Source: a virus
Lineage: Duplodnaviria; Caudoviricetes
IMG/VR virus record: IMGVR_UViG_3300048598_000594
Coordinates: 1-44,620 of that record
Strand: one strand, 5' to 3'
DNA: 44,620 bases
Below the pieces are notes generated by a model, which saw only the letters and a list, made by a program, of their open reading frames with translations, was not told the origin of the DNA and did no database searches. The position numbers and the translations under genes are program-made. Positions 8,255 through 16,548 of this stretch are shown here, piece after piece (position 1 is the first letter of the stretch; each line of letters opens with the position of its first letter).

Positions 8255-9087
8255 TGCGCAGCATAGACGCCTCCGATATCGGCCGCATCGAGCGGCCCGC
8301 GAGCTTCGGGCCGGTTTCGCAGCTGCAATGGCTGCAAATCGCGCAGCTCTTCGTCGATCCGCGCTATCAGCGCGAGATCAGCGCCAAGGGCAGGCGCAAC
8401 GTCCGCGCCATCGCCGAGGCGTTCTCATGGGGCAAGTTTGCGCCGGTCGTCGTCGCGCCCCTGGAAGGTGGCGGCTATGCCATCGTCGACGGCCAGCACC
8501 GGACGACCGCGGCGGCGGCGCTCGGAATCGAGACCGTGCCTTGCCTGATCGTGCAGGCCGACCCCGGCGAGCAGGCCCGCGCCTTCCGCGCGATCAACGC
8601 ACAGGTGACGCGGATCAGCCGCGTCCAGTTGTTCAGCGCCGCCGTCGCCGCCGGTGAGCCCGATGCGCTCGACGTCGCGGCGATGTGCGCGGCGGCCGAT
8701 GTCAGCATCCGCCGCTCTCCGACGGCTATCAGCCTTATTAAGCCCGGTGAGACCACCTCCATCGGGGCGCTGTATCGGCTGGCCCGTGAGCCGCGCGCGC
8801 TGGCGCTCTGCCTGCTGCGCGGTATCCGCTCGCAGGCGATAGAGGGCACGAACCCGTTTCGCGAGCTGATCCTCGACGCGCTGCGGCTGGCGCTCGTCGA
8901 TCATCCCGCCTGGTGGGGCGACGAGGGGCGCTTCATCGCGGTGCTCGACGAGATCGACCTCGACGATGAGGTTCGCCGCGCCATGGCCCGCAAGGCCCGC
9001 GAGCGCGGGCTGAGCGCGGTCGACGCGCTCTATGCCCGCCTCGTCGACAAGCTCCAGCGCTCGCTGAAGTTCACTGGCCCTTCGTAA
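8251..9087 (+). CDS. ParB/Srx-fold domain protein
   Basis: VDPRYQR..FAPVVV..IVDGQHRT..ARAFRAIN. Confidence 0.8.
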   Translation: MMRSIDASDIGRIERPASFGPVSQLQWLQIAQLFVDPRYQREISAKGRRNVRAIAEAFSWGKFAPVVVAPLEGGGYAIVDGQHRTTAAAALGIETVPCLIVQADPGEQARAFRAINAQVTRISRVQLFSAAVAAGEPDALDVAAMCAAADVSIRRSPTAISLIKPGETTSIGALYRLAREPRALALCLLRGIRSQAIEGTNPFRELILDALRLALVDHPAWWGDEGRFIAVLDEIDLDDEVRRAMARKARERGLSAVDALYARLVDKLQRSLKFTGPS

Positions 9088-9184
9088 CCAGTCGCGTGGC
9101 GTTCGCCGGCCCCAGTTCCGCGTGCCGGCTCCCCCTTTTTTCCGCTCTTGCCGCCGGCTTTCACCCCTTTGGCCGGCGGCGAGG

Positions 9185-9228
9185 GGCGGCCCCGCCGTTC
9201 GAGGCCCGGCGGGGCCGCCTTCCCTTTC
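9185..9228 (+). terminator. Putative intrinsic terminator in early right operon
   Basis: 13-bp stem GGCGGCCCCGCCG / CGGCGGGGCCGCC followed by TTCCCTTTC. Confidence 0.45.
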
Positions 9229-9246
9229 AACCTCCGGAGGCAGGCA

Positions 9247-9561
9247 GTGGATGCACTCTCCCCAGCGACCGCGAGCGGCGCGCCCTGGCGCAACGCCTGC
9301 GTCCATTGCGGCATCGTGGCGCCGCTGATCCGCCTGCCCGTCTCCTCGCTCGCGCCGGGCGAATTGCTCTCCAGCGATGGCTGGATCGCGACCGCCACGA
9401 TGCTGGAGGCGGCGGGGGCGTCGCTGATCGAGCGCACGAGCGGCGAAGGCCGCTTCAACCAGGCGCAGGCCCGCAGCACCGCCGGGAAGCTGCGCGAGGC
9501 CGCCGCCGAGATCCGCGCCAACCTTGCCCTCGAGGAGGATTTCGCATGCCGGACGCGCTGA
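9247..9561 (+). CDS. Hypothetical protein (CxxC)
   Basis: GTG at 9247 with GGAGG upstream. Confidence 0.55.
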   Translation: MDALSPATASGAPWRNACVHCGIVAPLIRLPVSSLAPGELLSSDGWIATATMLEAAGASLIERTSGEGRFNQAQARSTAGKLREAAAEIRANLALEEDFACRTR

Positions 9562-10871
9562 CGGGCCGGGCCGTCCTGCTCAGCATCGCGGGCCTGCGGC
9601 GCGATGGCGGCACGCAGCCGCGCGCCATGCTCGACCCTTCCACCGTCGAGGCCTATGCCGACGCGCGGCGGGACGGCGCCAGCTTTCCGCCGGTCGTCGT
9701 GTTCTATGACGGCACGAACCATTGGCTCGCCGATGGCTTCCACCGCACGGCCGGGCATGAGGAGGCCGGCGAGGCCGAGATCGAGGCCGATATCCGGCCC
9801 GGCACGCAGCGCGACGCGATCCTGTTCGCCTGCGGTGCGAACGCGACCCACGGCCTGCGCCGCACGACCGGCGACAAGCGCCGCGCCGTCCTGCTGCTGC
9901 TCGGCGATCCCGAATGGCAGAGATGGAGCGACCGCGAGATCGCCCGGCATGCCCGCGTGTCCAACACCTTCGTCGGCACGCTGCGCGCCGCCACTGTCAA
10001 CGTTGACAGTGAGCGGACCTTCCAGACCCGGCACGGCACCGTTGCCAAGATGGACACCGCCGCCATCGGCAGGCGGGCCGCCGACATGGCGACGCTGCGC
10101 TCTGTCCCGATCGACGCCCTGCATCAGCTCGTCAGCGAGCAGCACCGGGCGAAGCAGGAGAGGAAGAAGGCCCGGCGGGACGAGCGCGAACTGCAGCTCG
10201 GCGAGAAGATAGCGGCCGGAAATGCGGCCCTGGCGGCGGCCGGTGCGGCGGGCAAGCGCTATGGCGTGATCTATGCCGATCCGGAATGGCGCTTCGAGCC
10301 CTGGTCACGCGAGACCGGCATGGACCGGGCGGCGGACAACCACTATCCGACCTCGCCGGTCGAGGCGATCATGGCCCGGCCGGTCAATGCCATCGCGGCC
10401 CATGACAGCGCCCTGTTCCTCTGGGCGACGCGGCCGATGCTGCCGCACGCGCTGCGCGTGGTCGAGGCCTGGGGCTTCGCCTACAAGTCCTGCACGGTCT
10501 GGGGCAAAAGCCGCGAAGGCGACGGGCGCGGCCCCGGCTACATCTTCACCGACGAAAGCGAGCTGCTGCTCTACGCCACGCGCGGCACCGTGCCCGCCCC
10601 TGCGCCGGGCACGCAATGGCCCTCGCTGATCATGGCGCCGGTCGGCGAGCACTCGGCCAAGCCGGCCCGGTTCCGCCAGCTGATCGAAAGCTATTTCCCG
10701 AGTCTCCCCAAGATCGAGCTCAACGCCCGCGAGGCGCATGAGGGCTGGGACTGCTGGGGCGCGGAAGCGCCGATCACGATCGGCGTCGACCTCTCCCTCA
10801 GCCCCGACCAGTACGCCGAAGTGGCCGTCCATGCCGACGGCTCGCTGACCTCCAGAGAAGGGCAGCGGTGA
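9546..10871 (+). CDS. ParB-fold/HTH - MT-A70 family N6-adenine methyltransferase fusion
   Basis: PPVVV..LADGFHR; HTH WSDREIARHARVSNTFV; MT-A70 motifs YADPEW, NHYPT, LFLWAT, WGFAYKS, ELLLYATRG, EHSAKP, IELNAR, GWDCWG. Confidence 0.88.
   Translation: MPDALTGRAVLLSIAGLRRDGGTQPRAMLDPSTVEAYADARRDGASFPPVVVFYDGTNHWLADGFHRTAGHEEAGEAEIEADIRPGTQRDAILFACGANATHGLRRTTGDKRRAVLLLLGDPEWQRWSDREIARHARVSNTFVGTLRAATVNVDSERTFQTRHGTVAKMDTAAIGRRAADMATLRSVPIDALHQLVSEQHRAKQERKKARRDERELQLGEKIAAGNAALAAAGAAGKRYGVIYADPEWRFEPWSRETGMDRAADNHYPTSPVEAIMARPVNAIAAHDSALFLWATRPMLPHALRVVEAWGFAYKSCTVWGKSREGDGRGPGYIFTDESELLLYATRGTVPAPAPGTQWPSLIMAPVGEHSAKPARFRQLIESYFPSLPKIELNAREAHEGWDCWGAEAPITIGVDLSLSPDQYAEVAVHADGSLTSREGQR
9992..10011. 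repeat. Perfect 20-bp palindrome CACTGTCAACGTTGACAGTG (candidate parS-like site)
   Basis: Direct inspection; AT-richer than flanks; immediately after the HTH-coding segment. Confidence 0.75.
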
Positions 10872-12025
10872 TGGGCGCAACGGTTTCCCCCGCAACAGAG
10901 AGGCCTGCAATGGACTTCGTCACGGTCGAGGGCCGCGCCCTCAAGCACGCCTTGCGCATCCTTCTCGAAGCCGTCGACCGGCGCCGAACGATCCCGATCC
11001 TCGGCTACGTCAAGCTGACGTTGACGAAGGACGGGCTCCGGCTGGAGGCGACCGATCTCGACGTCTGGGTTACGACGCTGATTGACGTGATCGACGGCGA
11101 CCGGGCCGGCGGTTGGAGTTTTTGCCTGCCGGCGCAGGCCCTGGCGGCGATGGCGCAAGTGGCGGGCGTGATGCCATTGCGCATCGAGCCCGGCGACAGG
11201 GCCACTATCACGCTCGGCGACGGCGAGGCGATCTACACCCTGCCGCCGCTGTCTGCGAGTGACTTTCCCGACGCGCCGCTGCCGCGCGGCGAGCTCATCG
11301 AGCGCTTTGGCAACGGCCGACTGGTCGCGCATCTCGACAAGGTGCGCGCCTTCATCTCGCGCGAGGAGGTGCGCTACTACCTCAACGGCGCGGCGTGGCA
11401 GCGCGGTGCCTTCGGCTCGCGCTTCGCAGCGACGGACGGACACCGGATGGCGGTATGCCGCTATGACCGCGAAGCGGTTGAACTGGCGGCAACGCGGATC
11501 ATCCCGCACAAGGCTGTCAGCCTGCTGGTGAAGCACTTCGCAGGACGTGACGTCGCTGCTTTCGCGGCGGCGGACGGCAGGCTCGGCATCGTCTTCGAGA
11601 GCGAGCGGCTGACCTTGGCCACGAAGCTGATCGACGGCACCTATCCCGATATCGACAAGATCATCGAGCCGTGCATCGAGCGCGCCAAGGCCTTCACGCT
11701 GGCGTTGAAACGGCCCGAAGCGCTCGCGGCCGTCGAGCGACTGCAGGTGTTCGGCCGCGACATCGGCCGCGCAATCCGCTTCGACAGGCACGATGACTGC
11801 CTCGTCATGGCGCGTAGCGGCGGCGACGAGGGCGCGCGTGTCCGGACCTCGTCGCCGTGGCCGGAGGGGCTCGGCGCCTTCGGCATTAATGCCGTGTACT
11901 TCGGCGACGTGATCGCGGCCTGCGCCAGCGACATCACCCTCGGCCTCGCCTCGCCCGGCGACCCGCTGCTGGTGTCCGACGGCGACGCTGAGATGACCCG
12001 CGTCCTCATGCCGATGCGGGTGTAG
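10868..12025 (+). CDS. dnaN: DNA polymerase III beta sliding clamp homolog (start may be 10910)
   Basis: IPILGYVKL, LEATDLD, EEVRYYLNG, AATDGHRM, KLIDGTYPD, C-terminal VLMPMRV. Confidence 0.9.
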   Translation: MMGATVSPATERPAMDFVTVEGRALKHALRILLEAVDRRRTIPILGYVKLTLTKDGLRLEATDLDVWVTTLIDVIDGDRAGGWSFCLPAQALAAMAQVAGVMPLRIEPGDRATITLGDGEAIYTLPPLSASDFPDAPLPRGELIERFGNGRLVAHLDKVRAFISREEVRYYLNGAAWQRGAFGSRFAATDGHRMAVCRYDREAVELAATRIIPHKAVSLLVKHFAGRDVAAFAAADGRLGIVFESERLTLATKLIDGTYPDIDKIIEPCIERAKAFTLALKRPEALAAVERLQVFGRDIGRAIRFDRHDDCLVMARSGGDEGARVRTSSPWPEGLGAFGINAVYFGDVIAACASDITLGLASPGDPLLVSDGDAEMTRVLMPMRV

Positions 12026-12027
12026 GG

Positions 12028-14232
12028 ATGCGTGAGCTGATCCTCGATTCCTTCGCCGGCGGCGGCGGGGCTTCCACCGGGATCGAGATGGCGCTCGGCC
12101 GCTCTCCCGATATCGCGGTGAACCATGACCGGATCGCGCTGGCGATGCACCGCGCGAACCATCCGGATACGCGGCACATGCTGCAGGACGTCGCGACAGT
12201 CGACGCGGTCGGGATGTGCCGGGGCCAGCCGATCGGCATGCTCTGGATGTCGCCGGACTGCACCGACCATTCCAAGGCCAAGGGCGCAGCGCCCCGGCGC
12301 GACGGCGAGACGACGACGCGCGGCATCGGCTGGGCAATCTATGGCTGGGTCAAGCGCCTGCCGAAATGGCAGCGCCCGCGCGTGATCTTCCTCGAAAACG
12401 TCGAGGAATACGTCGAGTGGGGGCCGCTGCTGGAAAGCGGCAAGCGCTGCCCGAAGCGCAAGGGCGAGACCTTCAAGGCCTTCGTCGAGGCGTGGCAGGC
12501 GCTCGGCTTCGTCGTCGAGTATCGCGAGCGCCGCGCCTGGTGGTCGGGCTCCGGCACGATCCGGAAGCGGTTGTACATGGTCATGCGTCGTGACGGCGAG
12601 CCGATCGTCTGGCCGGAGCCCGGCCACGGCAATCCGAACCTGCCGGCCGATGCGCTCCGGATCGACGCCGGCGAGCTCAAGCCCTGGGTCACGATCAGCG
12701 AATGCATCGACTGGTCGCGGCCGATCCCGTCGATCTTCGACAGCGCCGCCCAGATCAAGGCCAAGCTCGGCCTGACCGCCAAGCGCCCGCTGGCGCCGAA
12801 GACGATGGCGCGGGTGGCCAAGGGCGTCGAGCGCTACGTGCTGAAAGCGGCGAAACCGTTCGTCATCAAGGTCAATCACACCGGCCGCGACGAGGCGCGC
12901 GACCGCCGGCTCGACGTGCCCTTGACCGCTATGACCGGCAAGCGCGACGATGCGCTGGTCACGCCCTTCGTGGCCGGGCTGGCGCATGGCGACAGCGGCG
13001 GGCGGCGCGAGTATGCCGCGACCGAGCCGCTGACGACCGTCCATGCCGGCGGCGGCAACCACGCTCTCGTGACGCCCTTCGTGACGAAGTTCCGGACCGG
13101 GGCGGTCGGCCATCGCGCTGACGAGCCGGTCCACACGATCACGGCGCATTCCAGCGAAACGCATGGCGGCGGCGCGGCGCCGCTCGGCATCGTCACGCCC
13201 TTCGTCGCCTACGCCCAGCAGGGCGGCGGGCTGCGGCCGGCCGAGGCGCCGGCGCAGACCTTCACGGCGTCGCCCAAGGATCAGAACACCGTCGTCGCGC
13301 CCTACCTCGTGCCGCGCTATGGCGAGAGACCCGGCCAGGAGCCGCGAACCGCGGCGGCAGATCAGCCCGGCCCGACGATCGTGCCCGACGGGAACGAAGG
13401 CAGCATGGCCGTCGTTCACCTGACGCGCCAGTTCGGCAACTCGGTCGGCTCGGGCGCGGACGAGCCTGTCGGCACGATCACGGCGGGCGGCGATGGCAAA
13501 GCTGGCGTCGTCGCGGCCTTCCTCGCGCAGCATAATGACGGTCCGCGGCCGGGCGCGCCGGCGCACCCTGCCGACGAGCCTGTTTCGACGATCTCGACAC
13601 GCGGCGCTCAGCAGCAGCTCGTCGCGGCCTCCATGGTCACGCTGCGCGGCAGCGACAGGCGCGGCGCCAGCGCCGAAGAGCCGGGCCGCACAGAATCGGC
13701 TGGCGGCAATCACAATGGCGTCGTCGCCCTGCCGCTGATGACTGTCTATTACGGTTCGGAGACGGACGGCGCGGCGGCCAATGCCCCGGGCCGCACCGAG
13801 ACGACGCGCGACCGCTTCGGGCTGGTGAGCGCGACCGCCATGGCACCGCCTTTCGGGCCGGAGCACGAGGCGCGCGCCCGCGAGGTCGCCGCGTTCCTGC
13901 GCGAGCACGGATGCTGGGACGAGCGCGAGTTCGTCATCGTCGATCTCGACGGCGCGACCTTCGTCCTCGTCGACATCTGCATGCGGATGCTGACGCCGCG
14001 CGAGCGCTACACCGCGAACGGCTTCCCGGCGAACTACATCATCGACCACGGCATCGACGCCGACGGCTCGATCGTCCCGTTCACGCTGGAGCAGCAGGGG
14101 CACATGTGCGGCAACGCCGTCTGCCCGACCGAGGCGCGCGACCTCGTCGCCGCGAACTACCAGCCGCGCCTGCGCAAGCGCCCTGGCAAGCCGGCGGCGG
14201 AACTGCCCTTCTTCATGGAGGCGGCGGAGTGA
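12028..14232 (+). CDS. DNA cytosine-C5 methyltransferase with repeat-expanded variable region
   Basis: FAGGGG motif I, SPDC motif IV, LENVEE motif VI, TIRKRL VIII, RMLTPRE IX, GNAV X. Confidence 0.92.
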   Translation: MRELILDSFAGGGGASTGIEMALGRSPDIAVNHDRIALAMHRANHPDTRHMLQDVATVDAVGMCRGQPIGMLWMSPDCTDHSKAKGAAPRRDGETTTRGIGWAIYGWVKRLPKWQRPRVIFLENVEEYVEWGPLLESGKRCPKRKGETFKAFVEAWQALGFVVEYRERRAWWSGSGTIRKRLYMVMRRDGEPIVWPEPGHGNPNLPADALRIDAGELKPWVTISECIDWSRPIPSIFDSAAQIKAKLGLTAKRPLAPKTMARVAKGVERYVLKAAKPFVIKVNHTGRDEARDRRLDVPLTAMTGKRDDALVTPFVAGLAHGDSGGRREYAATEPLTTVHAGGGNHALVTPFVTKFRTGAVGHRADEPVHTITAHSSETHGGGAAPLGIVTPFVAYAQQGGGLRPAEAPAQTFTASPKDQNTVVAPYLVPRYGERPGQEPRTAAADQPGPTIVPDGNEGSMAVVHLTRQFGNSVGSGADEPVGTITAGGDGKAGVVAAFLAQHNDGPRPGAPAHPADEPVSTISTRGAQQQLVAASMVTLRGSDRRGASAEEPGRTESAGGNHNGVVALPLMTVYYGSETDGAAANAPGRTETTRDRFGLVSATAMAPPFGPEHEARAREVAAFLREHGCWDEREFVIVDLDGATFVLVDICMRMLTPRERYTANGFPANYIIDHGIDADGSIVPFTLEQQGHMCGNAVCPTEARDLVAANYQPRLRKRPGKPAAELPFFMEAAE

Positions 14233-15104
14233 GCGAACCCTCGCGTCCCCTGCTGCGCTGGCATGGCGGCAAATGGCTGCTGGCGCCCTGGATCATCGGC
14301 CATTTCCCGCCGCACCGGGTCTATGTCGAGCCGTTCGGCGGCGCGGCCAGCGTGCTGCTGCGCAAGCCGCGCGCCTATGCCGAAGTCTATAACGATCTCG
14401 ATGCCGAGCTGGTGAACCTCTTCCGTGTGCTTCGCTCGAAGGAGGCCTCCCGGCTCACCGAACAGCTGCGCATGACGCCCTTCGCACGCGACGAGTTCCT
14501 CGCCGCCTATGAGCCGTGCGCCGAGCCTGTCGAGCAGGCCCGACGGATGATCATTCGCAGTTATATGGGCTTCGGCAACGCTGGCGCGCTCGGCCGGTCG
14601 ACCGGCTTCCGGGCCGATAGCAACAAGAGCGGCACGACGCCGGCCCATGCCTGGGCGAACTTCCCGGATGCCGTGCCTGCGATCATCTCGCGGCTCTCCG
14701 GCGTCGTGATCGAGAACCGTGACGCGCTCGTGGTGATGGCCGCGCACGACGGGCCCGACACCCTGCATTACGTCGACCCGCCCTATGTCCACCAGACCCG
14801 CTCGGGCGGGAACCCCTACTGCGCGAAGCACAAGTATCGTCATGAACTCGACGACGCGGCCCATGCCGCGCTGCTCGAGGCGCTGCGCGGGCTTGCCGGC
14901 AGCGTCGCGCTCTCGGGCTATCCCTGCCCGCTCTATGACGAAGCCCTCGCCGGATGGCGGCGCGTCGAGCGGGCAGCGCTGGCGGACGGCGCCCGCGAGC
15001 GCACCGAAGTGCTCTGGATCAATCCTGCGGCTGCGAACGCCCTGGAGCGGCAGCGCAACCGCACGCAGACGCCGCTGCTGGAGCACCTGGAGGCGGCAGA
15101 ATGA
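14229..15104 (+). CDS. Dam/D12-class N6-adenine DNA methyltransferase
   Basis: GTGA coupling; RWHGGKW, EPFGGAASV, YNDLD, YVDPPY, LSGY. Confidence 0.92.
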   Translation: MSEPSRPLLRWHGGKWLLAPWIIGHFPPHRVYVEPFGGAASVLLRKPRAYAEVYNDLDAELVNLFRVLRSKEASRLTEQLRMTPFARDEFLAAYEPCAEPVEQARRMIIRSYMGFGNAGALGRSTGFRADSNKSGTTPAHAWANFPDAVPAIISRLSGVVIENRDALVVMAAHDGPDTLHYVDPPYVHQTRSGGNPYCAKHKYRHELDDAAHAALLEALRGLAGSVALSGYPCPLYDEALAGWRRVERAALADGARERTEVLWINPAAANALERQRNRTQTPLLEHLEAAE

Positions 15105-15337
15105 GTGCCGAACGCATCTCAATCGGCCAGCAGCTGGAGGCGGTGCGCTACGCCGCCGAGCGGCAGGCCATCCTCGGCCGGGGCGGCTCGGTCCGCGACC
15201 AGCGCCCGGAATCCGTCCGCGACTATGAGCTGCAGCGCCTGCTGGCGGCTGTCGAGACGCTGACCTGGCTCAAGAACAATGCCGAGGCCGTGAAGGCCGC
15301 GCACCGCGCCCTGGCGGCGGCAGGAGGTGGATCGTGA
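15101..15337 (+). CDS. Hypothetical protein
   Basis: ATGA/GTGA overlaps at both ends. Confidence 0.7.
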   Translation: MSAERISIGQQLEAVRYAAERQAILGRGGSVRDQRPESVRDYELQRLLAAVETLTWLKNNAEAVKAAHRALAAAGGGS

Positions 15338-16533
15338 GCGCCGCCCTTCTCGGTCTCGCATGGCAAGCCAAGGTCGGCGACAGCAAGACGCGCAAGCTCG
15401 TGCTGATGAAGCTTGTCGACTGCTGCGACGACGATGGCTCCAACATCTATCCGGCGCTGGCGACCGTGGCCGACCATGTCGGCTGCTCGACGCAACAGGT
15501 CCGGCGCACGCTGAAGGACTTCTGCGGCGTCGGCCTGCTACGCAAGGTTCGCGACGGTGGGCGCGGCGCCGGCTCGACCGCCCGCTACGAGCTCGACATT
15601 GACATGCTGGCCCGCCTGCGCCGTGCCGAGATGTGGCCGGCGCTTGAGGCCGCTGCCGCGCGCGACCCGTTGCCCGATTCCGACGATGACGAGGCGTCAG
15701 GCCATGCGCCGAACGCATCTTCGGAGGCGAGCGACGCCCCCGCCGCAGCGTCAAATAAGGGTGACATGGTGTCACCCTTACATGGTGTAAGCCTTACACC
15801 AGCGATCGATAAGGGTGACATCTGGAGTCACCCAACCCCTCATAGACCCCTTAGTTCTGAGAGAGAGAGCGCGGGCGCTGGCGCAGGGGCGCCGGCTGGA
15901 TCGGGCGATGCGCCCGATGCAGGGCATGCAGCCGACGCAGAGCCTCCGGCGACACTGGCCGCGTTCCTCGCCAGCTATCCGCACGCCTCGGCGGACGATC
16001 AGGTCACCCTCGCCTCGGCCTGGGAGGGAGTGCCCTTCGCCGAGCGCCGGGCTGCGATCGATGGGATTCCCGGCTTCGTTGCCGAACGGAAGGCGGCGGG
16101 CTTCGACAAGCGCCTTTCCGGGCCGAAATACCTCTCCGGCCGGAACTGGCGCCATGTGCCGAAGCTGGCCGCCGAGCGGGCCGCGGCGCAGGCCGCCGGG
16201 GCGTCCGGCATGATCAGCGGCTATTCCCGCGATTGGTGGCTGCTGCTGCTCGACCGGATCTTCGCCGGCAAGTCTCCGGGCTTCTGGATGCAGCAGGCCG
16301 AGGCGCGCAAGCTGCTCTCGGCTTCCGGCGCCGACCTCGCCGCGGCGGCCAAGCGCATCGGCGAGTTGCACGCCTATCTCTGCGACGGGCCGGAGATCGA
16401 GGCTTGGCGGCCCTGGCTCGCCGCCAGAGGCGCCCGCATCCCGGCCTTCCGCGGCGACTTCCGCGTGTTCCTGCCGAAGCCGCTGCCGCCGGGCGGGCGA
16501 GCCGACCAAGGTGATGATGATGTGGCATTCTGA
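15334..16533 (+). CDS. Replication initiator (N-terminal HTH, lambda O-like organisation)
   Basis: KLVLMKLVDCCDDDG..YPALATVADHVGCSTQQVRR; internal inverted repeats. Confidence 0.8.
   Translation: MSAALLGLAWQAKVGDSKTRKLVLMKLVDCCDDDGSNIYPALATVADHVGCSTQQVRRTLKDFCGVGLLRKVRDGGRGAGSTARYELDIDMLARLRRAEMWPALEAAAARDPLPDSDDDEASGHAPNASSEASDAPAAASNKGDMVSPLHGVSLTPAIDKGDIWSHPTPHRPLSSERESAGAGAGAPAGSGDAPDAGHAADAEPPATLAAFLASYPHASADDQVTLASAWEGVPFAERRAAIDGIPGFVAERKAAGFDKRLSGPKYLSGRNWRHVPKLAAERAAAQAAGASGMISGYSRDWWLLLLDRIFAGKSPGFWMQQAEARKLLSASGADLAAAAKRIGELHAYLCDGPEIEAWRPWLAARGARIPAFRGDFRVFLPKPLPPGGRADQGDDDVAF
15756..15833. promoter_or_regulatory. Putative phage replication origin repeats
   Basis: TAAGGGTGACA-TGG-TGTCACCCTTA 15756-15780; TGGTGTAAG-C-CTTACACCA 15783-15801; TAAGGGTGACA..GTCACCC 15810-15833; local AT enrichment. 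Confidence 0.7.
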
Positions 16534-16548
16534 CGGGAGCGCAGGCTG

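Noticed and set aside
9096-9545. Upstream extensions in the ORF track (also 13911-14228, 38306-38515, 7385-7477)
   Set aside because: Overlap other genes or regulatory DNA; downstream starts fit RBS, coupling and domain boundaries.
11641-14103. Long antisense ORFs (820 aa here; also 10691-12337, 15778-17259, 22071-23498)
   Set aside because: Shadow frames of high-GC genes with clear motifs on the other strand.
14218-15104. Shared C-terminal EAAE on several proteins as a targeting motif
   Set aside because: Explained by GGAGG SD plus overlapping start/stop of the next gene.
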